The notes under the pieces: generated by a model | The model's input: only the letters and a program-made list of their open reading frames with translations | What the model was told of the DNA's origin: nothing | Database searches by the model: none | Part shown: positions 49,412 to 59,097 of the stretch, in pieces | How the letters are laid out: every line of letters starts with the position of its first letter | How positions within the stretch are numbered: the stretch's first letter is position 1 | Translations under genes and position numbers: made by a program | DNA from: a virus | Strand: one strand, 5' to 3' | IMG/VR virus record: IMGVR_UViG_2899815622_000003 | Location: 1,546 to 65,545 of that record | Length of the DNA: 64,000 nucleotides

Positions 49412-50015
49412 TCAACAACTCCAACTGTCTGAAAAACTCTTTCTCGAGGAAGTCGAGTGACTCCGGTGTCATTTCTTCATAAATACCACCGCCGTCCGAG
49501 GCCGACCGCAGCGCCTGGTCGACCGAAGGGCCGTAAAGCAGCCACAGGTTTTTCCCCAACGATCGAGGCTTGTATGCACCTTTGGGCATCGATCCGTCCG
49601 TTCGGACAGCGAGACCGATATTATTGTTCTTGAGGCGCATAAGGAATGCGCGGCGAATGGATCGGGTCTGACCCGGTTTCACCGTGACATTGAGCTTTCC
49701 GCCTTTGTGACGCTGCCCGCCTGCCAATGGTTTCTGTTTGGTGAAGCGAGCCAGTGAAGTGGCCGCACCCCTGCCCTCGATTACCGTTTCAAGCGCGCTG
49801 CGTTTCGCCTTCGTCTTCAGCCAAAGTCGTTTGCTGGAAGGAGAAACGTAGGACGCGGGGAATGCAACCTGATCACGAGCAGCACGCGCAAACTTGGTAC
49901 GATCACGGGTCGCCGTCGTATTCAACGCCCGCACAAGCGCCAACTCGGTCGAGTTCGTCATTTCGTCGACGAACGCAAGCTGGTCAAATTCGATAGCGAT
50001 TACTGCTGCGACCAT
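49404..50015 (-). CDS. Tail completion protein (gpZ-like)
   Basis: RALN.TA, TSLARF, LLYGPSVDQ; basic. Confidence 0.7.
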   Translation of the reverse strand: MVAAVIAIEFDQLAFVDEMTNSTELALVRALNTTATRDRTKFARAARDQVAFPASYVSPSSKRLWLKTKAKRSALETVIEGRGAATSLARFTKQKPLAGGQRHKGGKLNVTVKPGQTRSIRRAFLMRLKNNNIGLAVRTDGSMPKGAYKPRSLGKNLWLLYGPSVDQALRSASDGGGIYEEMTPESLDFLEKEFFRQLELLNG

Positions 50016-50410
50016 GGTGGGATTCCCTTCCATTCGTCGCCGGATGTGTCCACCTGAGAAAGAAGTGCAGCCAGTTGCGTTTTGCTCACGGTGCTGACTT
50101 CGACCCAAACGAACCCTTCTCGTTCAGGCCGGCTCGGACCCGTCACGTAAGCTTCACTATCGCTGAAGATGACGTATGCGTTCGTCATCACAGGATCCAC
50201 TTCCGAGATGTCGAAAATAACGCGATCGACGATGTCAGTAAGCTGGCCTGCTCCATCTTCCCCCTGCGCTTCGATCACAGCAGGTCGTTGGTGTAAACGA
50301 ACGTTGACAGGAACAGGAGTTCCCGCGGCGTGTGTGAGATACACCGCGGGAATCGAGAATGTCTGGTGGACGGGAAGCAAGTTTTCACGCTTCCTTTCTC
50401 GCCAGTTCAT
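50000..50410 (-). CDS. Head-tail joining protein
   Basis: VHQTF.IPAVY; position in operon. Confidence 0.65.
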   Translation of the reverse strand: MNWRERKRENLLPVHQTFSIPAVYLTHAAGTPVPVNVRLHQRPAVIEAQGEDGAGQLTDIVDRVIFDISEVDPVMTNAYVIFSDSEAYVTGPSRPEREGFVWVEVSTVSKTQLAALLSQVDTSGDEWKGIPPWSQQ

Positions 50411-50670
50411 CAGAGCCACCCGTAGTAGGAGCCGGTCGTACCGGCTGCCTTCACCTTCAAGGCTCGGACGGGTAAAATCTGCCCCTGCTTCATCGCATAA
50501 GGCAGATCAACGCCAGACTCGTCAGTGATCACGATCGTTCCGTCCGCCTGGCAATAAATCGCTTTCGGCTGAACCGAGAGCGCTGCCGTGTCGGACGGAA
50601 CGATCAGGAAATGTTGCCGAGCTGGCGTGATGGAAGCAGCATCGCTCAAACGCAGCGGGTTCTTCGCCAT
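50410..50670 (-). CDS. Head spike base protein (RcGTA Rcc01079-like)
   Basis: PA...F.I.PSD...L...KAIY....G.I......G......G.ILPVR..KV.A.GTT pattern, 86 aa. Confidence 0.7.
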   Translation of the reverse strand: MAKNPLRLSDAASITPARQHFLIVPSDTAALSVQPKAIYCQADGTIVITDESGVDLPYAMKQGQILPVRALKVKAAGTTGSYYGWL

Positions 50671-51005
50671 TAGACGAGCGCTCCGCCTTCACCTTCGCCG
50701 CCTTCACCGCCCTCGCCGGCACCGGTAGCGTCAGCCTTTCCGTTGGCGGGGTTTTTGGGCGTCGAGCCTTTGCCTTTACCCTTCCCCGAAGACTTGCCAC
50801 CGGCATCGTCGTCTGCGTGTTCTTCGGCGACTGGCTCATCCGGATGAGCGAGCTTGTAAAGCTTCATCTCGTCATCGGTGGGCTCACGAATCGCGCCGAG
50901 ACGGATCATGTCCTTATAGTCGGCGTTGGTGAATTCTTCGACCGATCCGACCGGAAGATCATCACCCTTACGACGAATGCTGTGAAGCGTATAACCGTAT
51001 TCCAT
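50670..51005 (-). CDS. Hypothetical head-region protein
   Basis: AGGAG RBS; LGAIREP; low-complexity tail. Confidence 0.65.
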   Translation of the reverse strand: MEYGYTLHSIRRKGDDLPVGSVEEFTNADYKDMIRLGAIREPTDDEMKLYKLAHPDEPVAEEHADDDAGGKSSGKGKGKGSTPKNPANGKADATGAGEGGEGGEGEGGALV

Positions 51006-51028
51006 TTTCTCAATCTCCTGTTGATGGG

Positions 51029-51055
51029 AAAAAGCATCCCCACAGAGGGGATGCT
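51029..51055 (-). terminator. Rho-independent terminator after capsid gene
   Basis: AGCATCCCC-TCTGT-GGGGATGCT followed by TTTT on minus strand. Confidence 0.75.
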
Positions 51056-51087
51056 GCAAGCTCTAAGGAACGAAGACCGAAAGCCGG

Positions 51088-52185
51088 TTACGGCGCGGTG
51101 ACGTTCGCCAGCAGCGTTGCGTTCGGATTGATCGGAACGAACAGCGGAGCCGACTTGTGGGTGATGTATTCGACTTCGAGATCGCCAGGCATTTCCCAGT
51201 TCTTCGGGAAGATCGGAAGAGCTTCGTAGCCGGCCTTCTTGTCGATGATCCGCCCGAACGCGCGCGTGCCGCTGATCGCTTCCGCAGTGCTGGTGAAGAG
51301 CATCTGATGATTGCCGATGTAACGCTCAGCAGCACCAGTAGCCGGATTGATGAAAGTCGAATTATCGACCCACAGCTCAATCGACTGACCGGAACCGCCG
51401 CCGATGGTCATTTCGCCCACTTTGAAAACGGGCTCGCCGGTAACCAGGCCGCGTTCGTAGACGATGTTGCCGCCCTTGATGTTGATGTCCATGTGCGCCT
51501 TGAACTCTTCATCCTTGCGCATGATGGCCCAAACGCCGCCGCCCATCGTCACGCGGACAGGAACGCCGCCGAAGTCCGCTGTCGCCATCCGGTCGATGAC
51601 CAACTGGATGAAATCGACAATGGAAACGCCCGCATCACCGAAACGATCGCCCGCGCCGAGCGTGATGGTGTGGGTTGCGGCACGTTTGAAGTCGACAAGC
51701 GTCGTCGGATAGTTTTCACCGGTAATCGTGACCTTGCCGTCGCGAAGCGCGGTTGCTGCCATCCAGTTCCAGCGGCGATTGATCGCCCGGACGTGGCTCT
51801 CGGCGATAGCCGCGCGAATGAGCGTCAGACGCTGCATCGGAGTAAGCTGCACCGGCATCTGCGACATGTTCGAGTCGATGCCAACACGGCGACGAAGCGG
51901 CATCAGCGGATCGACCTGGTCTTCCAGCTTGATATACGCAGGCTTGAAACGGAAACCGGTCCCGGTGTCTTCATAGACGGATTCACCGCGCGCCAACGGC
52001 ATGACGAACGGAGCGAGCTTGCGACCCTGCACCGGCATTTTTTCGAAATCGATCCACTCGTTATTCGAGCGCAGTTCGTATGGGAACCACTGCGTCCAGT
52101 AGAGTGGATCGGGTTTCATGTCGCGGAACACGCCGAGGAAGCGGCTGGTGTCCCACAGTTCGAGATGTTGGGTCTGAGCGACCAT
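51088..52185 (-). CDS. Major capsid protein (lambda gpE family)
   Basis: LAPFV.P...G, FKPAYIK, WMAA.AL..GK....GE.YP...VDF.R, SAPL. Confidence 0.92.
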   Translation of the reverse strand: MVAQTQHLELWDTSRFLGVFRDMKPDPLYWTQWFPYELRSNNEWIDFEKMPVQGRKLAPFVMPLARGESVYEDTGTGFRFKPAYIKLEDQVDPLMPLRRRVGIDSNMSQMPVQLTPMQRLTLIRAAIAESHVRAINRRWNWMAATALRDGKVTITGENYPTTLVDFKRAATHTITLGAGDRFGDAGVSIVDFIQLVIDRMATADFGGVPVRVTMGGGVWAIMRKDEEFKAHMDINIKGGNIVYERGLVTGEPVFKVGEMTIGGGSGQSIELWVDNSTFINPATGAAERYIGNHQMLFTSTAEAISGTRAFGRIIDKKAGYEALPIFPKNWEMPGDLEVEYITHKSAPLFVPINPNATLLANVTAP

Positions 52186-52197
52186 GGAAGCCTCCTG

Positions 52198-52629
52198 TTA
52201 CGCGCGCTTCGCGACGATGATGTTGGTGGGAGTGGGAGCGCCTCGGAACGCCGCCTGCTTATGTGCGTCCGTGGAGAAAGATGCGCCCCAAACAAGTGCA
52301 TCCTGGTTGAAGCAACCAGAGTAGAACACCTGTCCGTTGACGGCAGCCGAGCCTGCACCGCCGCGAGAAACCGCGTGCGCGAGCACGCCGATGGCTTTCA
52401 CGTCGTTGGCGGGGTCGGCACTGCCGCGAACAGCCGGGACGAGTTCGCCGTTGACATTGAGTCCGAGAACGGTGAACTGCGCGTAGTTCGCATTCAACGG
52501 AATTGGGAAGGAATAGGCAGGTGCCAGTTCCGGGTGAGAGCCTGCCAGCAGATGGTTCTGCAGGTAGGTGTCGAGTTCCTCGAACGCTGCGCGGCCGGGA
52601 TCTGCATATGGAGGCGTAATGTTCACCAT
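52198..52629 (-). CDS. Head decoration protein (gpD-like)
   Basis: AIGVLA, FYSGCFNQDALVW; between protease and capsid genes. Confidence 0.8.
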   Translation of the reverse strand: MVNITPPYADPGRAAFEELDTYLQNHLLAGSHPELAPAYSFPIPLNANYAQFTVLGLNVNGELVPAVRGSADPANDVKAIGVLAHAVSRGGAGSAAVNGQVFYSGCFNQDALVWGASFSTDAHKQAAFRGAPTPTNIIVAKRA

Positions 52630-52635
52630 CGCGGG

Positions 52636-53928
52636 TTACTCCTTGTTGTCAGAGAAGCCAGCGAGGCCGTAGCTGCGGATCAGCGCGCGGTCCTTGTCTG
52701 CTTCGGTTGCCTTGTTGTCGTCATCACCGCCACCTGCAGCGATGTTCGGCTGGTTGGTGCCATCCATGGCAGCCGCGAACATGCCAGCAGGTGCACCGGC
52801 ACCGGGCTGCGCCACGGTTGAACCAGCTTCCGACTTCTCTTCCGGCAGCGATGCCAGAAACGCCGTTGCTTCGTCCGCCGCCATCGATGTCTTCAGCGCG
52901 GCGTTCAGGGCTGCATTTGGACGGGCTTTGCCGGCGTCGGAGCCAAGGATGGTATTGATGCGGGCAAGCGCATTGGTAGCGCCTGTCTTTTCACCTTCCG
53001 CGACGCCTTCGGCGCGTGCGGCAGCGATCGCAGCTTCGTGTTCGGCCTGAGAATTTTCGGCCATTGGTGCTTCTCCTTCTTCTGAGAAAGTGGCCTCAAG
53101 GGCCGTTACAGCGTCGTCGAGAGTTCCGATGGCATCGGCCAATCCAATCTTGACGGCTTGACGAGCCATGAAAGTCTGAGCGTCGGTGTCATCGACAGCC
53201 TCTTCATCCATGCCTCGACCCCTCGCCACCATGGCGACGAATTGTTTGTGGAGTTCATCCACTTCCGCTTTCCACTTCTTGCGAGCCTCTTCGGAGAGAG
53301 GCTCAAGCGAGTTGCCCTGCGCTTTGCCGGGCTTCGAGCGGATGATGTTGACCTTGATGCCAGCGCTTTTCAGGTATTCTGAATATTCGAAGTGGGTGAT
53401 GATAACCCCGACCGAACCAACACCCCCGGTGCGAGCAACCGTGATGTGGCTGGTGGCAGCGGCAATGTTGTAGGCAGCAGAATATGCGTGCTCGGCCGCA
53501 ACGGCGCGGATCGGCTTGATCTCGCGAGTCTCGTAGATGTAGTCGACGAGGTCCCAATTGCCGGAAACCATGCCGCCACCGGAATCGATGACGAGCACGA
53601 TACCTTTGACATCGCTGTCATCACGGCCGCGTTTGATCGCCTGGTGGATGTACTCGTAGCCTGTGATCCAACTGCCGATCGTCCACGGGAAATTGTTGAC
53701 GAGCACACCCTGAACCGGGATGTATAGAATGCCGTTTTTGACGTTGTAAGGTCGATAGCGTGCTCGCCAGTCGTCTTCGCTGAACCAAAAATCGTTGTCG
53801 TTTGCCGCAGACTTATCGATTTCGGCAAGGTGGTCGGCGGCCATGTGAGCACAAGCTTCCAGCCACGAACCACGTGTCTCGGCTACCAGTGCTGTGCTAT
53901 CCTGAAAGCGTGCGAGGATTGCGTTCAC
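52636..53928 (-). CDS. S49 prohead protease with nested scaffold (internal start ATG 53064)
   Basis: IDSGGG, AYSAAY.IA, GSVGV, GLADAI; AAGGAG RBS before MAENSQ as for lambda C/Nu3. Confidence 0.88.
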   Translation of the reverse strand: MNAILARFQDSTALVAETRGSWLEACAHMAADHLAEIDKSAANDNDFWFSEDDWRARYRPYNVKNGILYIPVQGVLVNNFPWTIGSWITGYEYIHQAIKRGRDDSDVKGIVLVIDSGGGMVSGNWDLVDYIYETREIKPIRAVAAEHAYSAAYNIAAATSHITVARTGGVGSVGVIITHFEYSEYLKSAGIKVNIIRSKPGKAQGNSLEPLSEEARKKWKAEVDELHKQFVAMVARGRGMDEEAVDDTDAQTFMARQAVKIGLADAIGTLDDAVTALEATFSEEGEAPMAENSQAEHEAAIAAARAEGVAEGEKTGATNALARINTILGSDAGKARPNAALNAALKTSMAADEATAFLASLPEEKSEAGSTVAQPGAGAPAGMFAAAMDGTNQPNIAAGGGDDDNKATEADKDRALIRSYGLAGFSDNKE

Positions 53929-55616
53929 GCCGCCTCTCCTTCTCTTGGGGTGGCGGACAATGAATTTTCCATGTCCTTGGTGTCTGTGCTGTCGTAAATC
54001 GACGGGTTGCCGTAGAAGGCGTCGAGTTCGCGTTCGCGTTGGATCTGGCGCGCGATACGGCGATAGTCGCCGCCGCTCATTTTCGCTATCTCGGCTTCCT
54101 TCGTGGAAAAACCGCTCTTGACCCTGAGAACCGCAGCCTGCGTTTCCTTCAGCGGGTCAATCTGTCCTTGGCCGGCACCAATCCACTCGCACGCGCTGTA
54201 AGCTTCCGCGTTCAAGCGCTCATAGAAGAGCGGTACGTTCTTGCGCTTCAAGCACTCGAGATCGTTGTTGTTGATGGCCTCTTCGAGCCAGAGGCGGTAG
54301 ACGAAATTGGCAACGCCGTCGGCAGCAATCGCCTTCTTCGCGTTCATCGTCTTCTGCGTTTCACCGATCGACGCGCGTGCAGACGAATAGTTGGTTTGCG
54401 TGAAGTCGCGTGAAAACTGCTCGTAGGACAGCCCGAGAGCTGCCGCGATATATCTTAGTAGGCTCTGCTCGTATTTGTCGCCGAGCGGGCCGACAGCACC
54501 CGTGTTCTGCAACTTCAGCTTTGTGCCGGGCGCAAACACGGGGATTTTGGCGCCATCCATGTGCAGATTTGTAGCCGAAGCATTGTACGCGTCGATCGCT
54601 GCCAGATACGCCGTCATCCACTCGACGGTTGCGTTATCTTTCGGGTCTTGCCCGCCGAGAGCCGCGAGAACATCGTCCGGAATTTCCGACTCGATGGACG
54701 CAGCGTAGCTTGCTGCCACCACGGCGCGCTCAAGCTCGGTACGGCGAAAGTGCTTCGTCATCCGCATTTCGGATAGAGCGGACACGAGTTTCGATATACC
54801 TCGCGACTGGTCGGGACGGTCCTGCTCATAAATATGCAGGATCATTTGCCGACCCCAACGATTCTGAGCAGGCACCCTCGTCCACTGCATTTGCGACAGG
54901 TCGCTGAAATCGTGATACGGCCCGTCGTTCGGATGCGAATTCCTGATATGATAAGCGACAGGTGCGCCGCGACGATCTCGCTCAACGCCGCTGCGGATGC
55001 GAGACCAATCCTGCATCATTTTATCCATCGGCGTCGAAAGCCGATCGGTATCGATCATTTGAACCGCAGTTCGATATGGGCGACCATCGGCCGGCATCCA
55101 TTCGGCGCTGGCAAGAATCTCTGCGCCGCCGAAGAAGCTGCATACGCCAAGGCGCACCATTGCTGTCAGGGTGTTAATTCGTGCGGCGTCGGGCCATTTG
55201 CGCGAGCTTTCCGCCCACAGCATGAACTTGGTTTCAACCTCTTCCTGGTACTCGGTTTCCCATTTCGCGTCTTCCTTGCCCCACAGGACCTTTGTCTCAG
55301 GCCGAGCATTCAACTGGTAACGAGAGCCAACGACCGAGTCGCGATACGTGTCAGAGCCGCCTGAGACGAACGCATCGTTTCGAATCGTATCGCGCGCACG
55401 CGCGTCAAGGTTTTGCTTCTCAGGAAGGATTTCCGCGTCCGCCGAGCGGATGGCCGGTTGCCAACGCGCAAGACGATCAACTTTCGATGCGCCGTCATAG
55501 GCTACACCGCCCGATACTGCCGCCGTAGCACCGGGCGGTTGCACCGCATCGGTCGTCGCTGTGGAGACATCAGCAACGGTTCCGATCAGGTCTGAAAGAT
55601 CAACAGCAGCGTTCAT
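53925..55616 (-). CDS. Portal protein (lambda family)
   Basis: RARD.IRND, GVE.D..G.PVAY, RPDQ.RG, GLSYEQ.S.D....NYSSAR, IDPLKE. Confidence 0.92.
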   Translation of the reverse strand: MNAAVDLSDLIGTVADVSTATTDAVQPPGATAAVSGGVAYDGASKVDRLARWQPAIRSADAEILPEKQNLDARARDTIRNDAFVSGGSDTYRDSVVGSRYQLNARPETKVLWGKEDAKWETEYQEEVETKFMLWAESSRKWPDAARINTLTAMVRLGVCSFFGGAEILASAEWMPADGRPYRTAVQMIDTDRLSTPMDKMMQDWSRIRSGVERDRRGAPVAYHIRNSHPNDGPYHDFSDLSQMQWTRVPAQNRWGRQMILHIYEQDRPDQSRGISKLVSALSEMRMTKHFRRTELERAVVAASYAASIESEIPDDVLAALGGQDPKDNATVEWMTAYLAAIDAYNASATNLHMDGAKIPVFAPGTKLKLQNTGAVGPLGDKYEQSLLRYIAAALGLSYEQFSRDFTQTNYSSARASIGETQKTMNAKKAIAADGVANFVYRLWLEEAINNNDLECLKRKNVPLFYERLNAEAYSACEWIGAGQGQIDPLKETQAAVLRVKSGFSTKEAEIAKMSGGDYRRIARQIQRERELDAFYGNPSIYDSTDTKDMENSLSATPREGEAA

Positions 55617-55840
55617 CCCCACGTCGGCCTCATGACACGATGCGGGGTTGTGGGCTGTCCAGCGATTTGAGCTTTGAGTTCTGCAATGTACTGGCGCAGG
55701 CGGGACATATTCGCCATCGAGTAGCGAACGGACTCACCGTTGCTGTCTCGGACTTCTACGACGCTTTTTCCGGTCAACAGATCGCGATAGGCTTTCTCAG
55801 CCTCTCGTAACCAAATCTGTAGTTCGGCGATGCTCGCCAT
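55613..55840 (-). CDS. Head-tail adaptor gpW-like
   Basis: AY.DL.TGK.VV.V....GE.V.Y..AN...L..YI..L. Confidence 0.85.
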   Translation of the reverse strand: MASIAELQIWLREAEKAYRDLLTGKSVVEVRDSNGESVRYSMANMSRLRQYIAELKAQIAGQPTTPHRVMRPTWG

Positions 55841-55943
55841 CTGTCACCCCGCAATGCGCTCTTGCAGGGTGAGTAATACCGCCGTTCGTTCTTAATTACA
55901 ATATAAAGTTGGAATTTTATAAACCATTCCATCGATCGCCCTT

Positions 55944-56021
55944 CTATGGGCGACGTAATAACCGCAATGGGAGAAAGTGCTTAAAGACAGCAATTTCAGC
56001 CACATTAACGAGCAAGTTCAT
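55944..56021 (-). CDS. Possible 25-aa peptide
   Basis: AAAGGAGGT SD before ATG 56021; MNLLVNVAEIAVFKHFLPLRLLRRP. Confidence 0.4.
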   Translation of the reverse strand: MNLLVNVAEIAVFKHFLPLRLLRRP

Positions 56022-56104
56022 TTCATACCTCCTTTCGGTGCGAGCGTTGCCGATAAGTGACAATTATGCACTCAAAAGGTGAAAGTCAATCCTAACGTGA
56101 GTTT

Positions 56105-58288
56105 CTAGCCCAATTTTTTTCCGAGTTGTGCCAGAGCCGCGAGTCCTGACGGTTTAACGGGCGGAGGATCGTCTTCAGTTTGCCCGCCTATCACAAGGTC
56201 GTTCTGGTCCCATTCTTCAGCCCACGCTGGCGGGTTTTTCCAGTCTATCCGGTCAAATCCGAAATGCGTGTACGGGACGTTTTTCTCAATCGGGCGAAGC
56301 GAGATACCCTCGGCGTAGTAGGTCAAGTCGAACGCTTCGTTTCTCTTCTTCCTCGTGTTCAGCCACCCTTTCGCGGTCCGCGTTTCGGACGTTAGCTGAA
56401 CGAAGTACCAGTCTTCCGCCCAGTCAGGGAATCGCAACATGCCTCCATCGACGCCTTCTTCGGCGATTCGCCTCGACATCAGGAGCGAGACGGCGTCTTT
56501 CAGTTTGTTCGAATTCAACATGACCACTGGCACGTCGCCTCGAGCAATGGCGAGCGGTCCCTTCTGAGAAGAATCAGGCCATTCAGTTCGGGCCAGCGGT
56601 TTCGATTTCGAGGCCTCGCCCTTCACAAGAATGAAGCGACGATGCGAGCCGTCCTGTTTGGCTTTCAAGCGGCGCCAGAAATTGTATGCGTGAGCCGTGA
56701 CCCCCTCGGCACCGCCAGAGTCAGACGCCGTCGCGCGGATTTTCATGCGTCGACCGCTGTTGTCCCCCAGTTCGTAGGTTTTCTCCATCACCTCGGAGAT
56801 CAGGGTGTCCCAATCTTCGCCGAAGGCTGCCGGGTCGATCGGCATACGATCGCCGTTCGCGTTCCGGCGATTCGAAAGGCGTACCTTGAACATGTCGACG
56901 ACAACACGATCACCGTCAGCCGTGTAGCCCAAAACCTGGACGACAAACGCTCGCTTCTGGATGTCGACTGTGGCGATGAGATACCGGACACCTTGTGGAA
57001 CGAGCGGCTCCTCTGGTGTCGACCCCCAGTCCTCACCCTTGGCTTTCAACAGGTCAGGCGCGAAATCGGATAGGCGAGCCTGCGGGATGTAGTAGGTCCC
57101 TTGGTCAGTTGTTCTCGTTTTGCGTAGCGCGCTATCATCACCTGTTTCCTCAAGCTCCTTGAGCGCATTGAGTTCCAGCATCACGAGGTCGCCCCACTCG
57201 CGATAACCAGCGGCAGGGCCCTTCAGCCAGAACGAGGCAATTGTTGACCGTGTGACTCGCATGCCCGGTCGCACAAGGGTTTTGCCGTTGAGGCCGGGTT
57301 CGATCATCTCCCCTTCGCGAATCCAACGACCGTTGCGGTTGAGTTCGTGTTTTTGGTGAGGTTTAATCACGCAGCCGTGACACGGGCAGATCATAACCGT
57401 AGCATCACGCGCTTCCATCGGATCGGTAAGCCCGCCCCAATCAAGCAGTTTGAAATCTGGCTCGAACCATTCCTCGCACTGGGGGCAACACCATTGCCAT
57501 CTGCGACGGTCACCGCGATTGTAGAGCGCAAAGATGCCGCGGATGGGAGGCGCTTCATGAGGCGTTTTCGGCATCCAGCGAGGGTCTTGGATTTCCTTAT
57601 TTGGGTTTGGTGACGACTCGGCGACTGTCATTCCGAAGCGCTTGAACGTCGTCGTTCGCATCGACAGAAGGTCGTAAAGATTGCCTTCGCCGCCGATATC
57701 ATCCTCGGAGCGATCGTAGTCGATCGAGGCTCCAATCCTCACGGTGATACCCGACAGGTTCGCTGGCGTTGGGTAGGTGACCAACACTCGCATTCCGCTC
57801 TTAAACGTTTTGTCGAACGTGTTGTCATACTGACGGGCGGTAAGCTGCTCGGCATGGATTTTTGTCGACGCTTTCAGATATCGACTTAAATCGCCGTTTG
57901 ACCATTTCCTCGCGTTTTCGCGGTCCATGTGGACCAGCAACATGTCTGTCGGATCGGTCTTCACGGTGTGACTGATCATGTTCAGGACCATGACGGTCTT
58001 GCCGGTTCGCGCTGGACCTAAGAAAACCATACCGGTGAAATCGAGCGATGTCGTCTCATCCTGGGGCTCCTTGAGATACGGCGTCCTATCTTCTGACCAC
58101 GGTTGGCTGTGCCCTCCTCCTGTCCCGATCTTCGTGTATGTCTTTGCAGCGTCAGTCACCGTCATGCGGTTCGCTGGCTTCATCTCGCCGAAGGCCGATG
58201 CAACAATGTCCTCTAGCGTCTTGAACCGGACAGCACTGATCAGCTCATCTATAGTAGGCGGACGGATTTGGCGGAGCGGTGAATTCAT
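56105..58288 (-). CDS. Terminase large subunit (GpA family)
   Basis: TPYL.EP, GPARTGKT, ESSP, CPQC..CPCHGC, ATVDIQ, DSGG, RNEAFDL..YA. Confidence 0.95.
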   Translation of the reverse strand: MNSPLRQIRPPTIDELISAVRFKTLEDIVASAFGEMKPANRMTVTDAAKTYTKIGTGGGHSQPWSEDRTPYLKEPQDETTSLDFTGMVFLGPARTGKTVMVLNMISHTVKTDPTDMLLVHMDRENARKWSNGDLSRYLKASTKIHAEQLTARQYDNTFDKTFKSGMRVLVTYPTPANLSGITVRIGASIDYDRSEDDIGGEGNLYDLLSMRTTTFKRFGMTVAESSPNPNKEIQDPRWMPKTPHEAPPIRGIFALYNRGDRRRWQWCCPQCEEWFEPDFKLLDWGGLTDPMEARDATVMICPCHGCVIKPHQKHELNRNGRWIREGEMIEPGLNGKTLVRPGMRVTRSTIASFWLKGPAAGYREWGDLVMLELNALKELEETGDDSALRKTRTTDQGTYYIPQARLSDFAPDLLKAKGEDWGSTPEEPLVPQGVRYLIATVDIQKRAFVVQVLGYTADGDRVVVDMFKVRLSNRRNANGDRMPIDPAAFGEDWDTLISEVMEKTYELGDNSGRRMKIRATASDSGGAEGVTAHAYNFWRRLKAKQDGSHRRFILVKGEASKSKPLARTEWPDSSQKGPLAIARGDVPVVMLNSNKLKDAVSLLMSRRIAEEGVDGGMLRFPDWAEDWYFVQLTSETRTAKGWLNTRKKRNEAFDLTYYAEGISLRPIEKNVPYTHFGFDRIDWKNPPAWAEEWDQNDLVIGGQTEDDPPPVKPSGLAALAQLGKKLG

Positions 58289-59097
58289 GCGGCCAGCAAC
58301 CATTCTGTGAGATTAAAGTATTCGTCGCGATCACCCATCGGATCCTCTTCGCATACGATTCCGCATTCAATGCGCATCGCTTTAAGGGGGCGACCGACAG
58401 CATCGGCAGGAAGTTCGTCGAGGAAAATTCGTTCACCTTTGTAGCGAACTAGCCGAACGCCGAGGCGTCGAGATTGCTGAGCGCGAGCGGCGAAAACGTC
58501 AGGAAAGACGCGGCGAACGAGGTTCCAATACGTAGGGCTAGTAGCCTTCACACAGCCAATGCAGTTGGCATTAGGAAAACCAAGGCTATATATCCGAGGC
58601 AGCGCTATTCGAAAGAAATGCAGCAGCGAAGCACAATCATCTTTAGTGTAATTCGCCTCAATCAGGACCGGTAAAACGTTCTCGCGCTCAGTCAGTATAA
58701 AGCGCTCATGCCGGTCCCTTTCGTCTGCAGTGAAGCCAAAGACATGCCAATCAACTCTATTGTGCTGTTCGTAGTCTTGTCTGGCCTCTTTTTTCCCGTG
58801 AACGGTACATGGTGCCCCTTTTGGGAACACCATTGCTTTCCGTTTCTCCCATATATCGACCGCTGAATTCGACGGATACTCAGGGTTTCCGTGCAGGATG
58901 ATCGGCTGCTCGAGCCAGCGTGACACGTCGGTCTGGAATCGAAGATTATCCTCGTCCTCTTCGATTATCGGGTTATTTACAATCCGAACGTCGCAAATCG
59001 CACCATACCGACGAACAGTCTCCCACGCGGCAACAGCACTAGCTGCACCATTCGAAAACCAAACAACGATCGTGTCGCCAGGAAGCGGAGAGGTCAC
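58285..59097 (-). CDS. PAPS-reductase-like / PP-loop Fe-S protein
   Basis: VVWFSNGAASAVA, GAPCT, GFTADE..R, LGFPNANCIGCVK, ECGIVCE. Confidence 0.7.
   Translation of the reverse strand: MTSPLPGDTIVVWFSNGAASAVAAWETVRRYGAICDVRIVNNPIIEEDEDNLRFQTDVSRWLEQPIILHGNPEYPSNSAVDIWEKRKAMVFPKGAPCTVHGKKEARQDYEQHNRVDWHVFGFTADERDRHERFILTERENVLPVLIEANYTKDDCASLLHFFRIALPRIYSLGFPNANCIGCVKATSPTYWNLVRRVFPDVFAARAQQSRRLGVRLVRYKGERIFLDELPADAVGRPLKAMRIECGIVCEEDPMGDRDEYFNLTEWLLAA

Noticed and set aside
51157..52821. 554-aa plus-strand ORF
   Set aside because: Antisense shadow of the capsid and decoration genes in GC-rich, codon-biased DNA; no RBS or recognisable motifs
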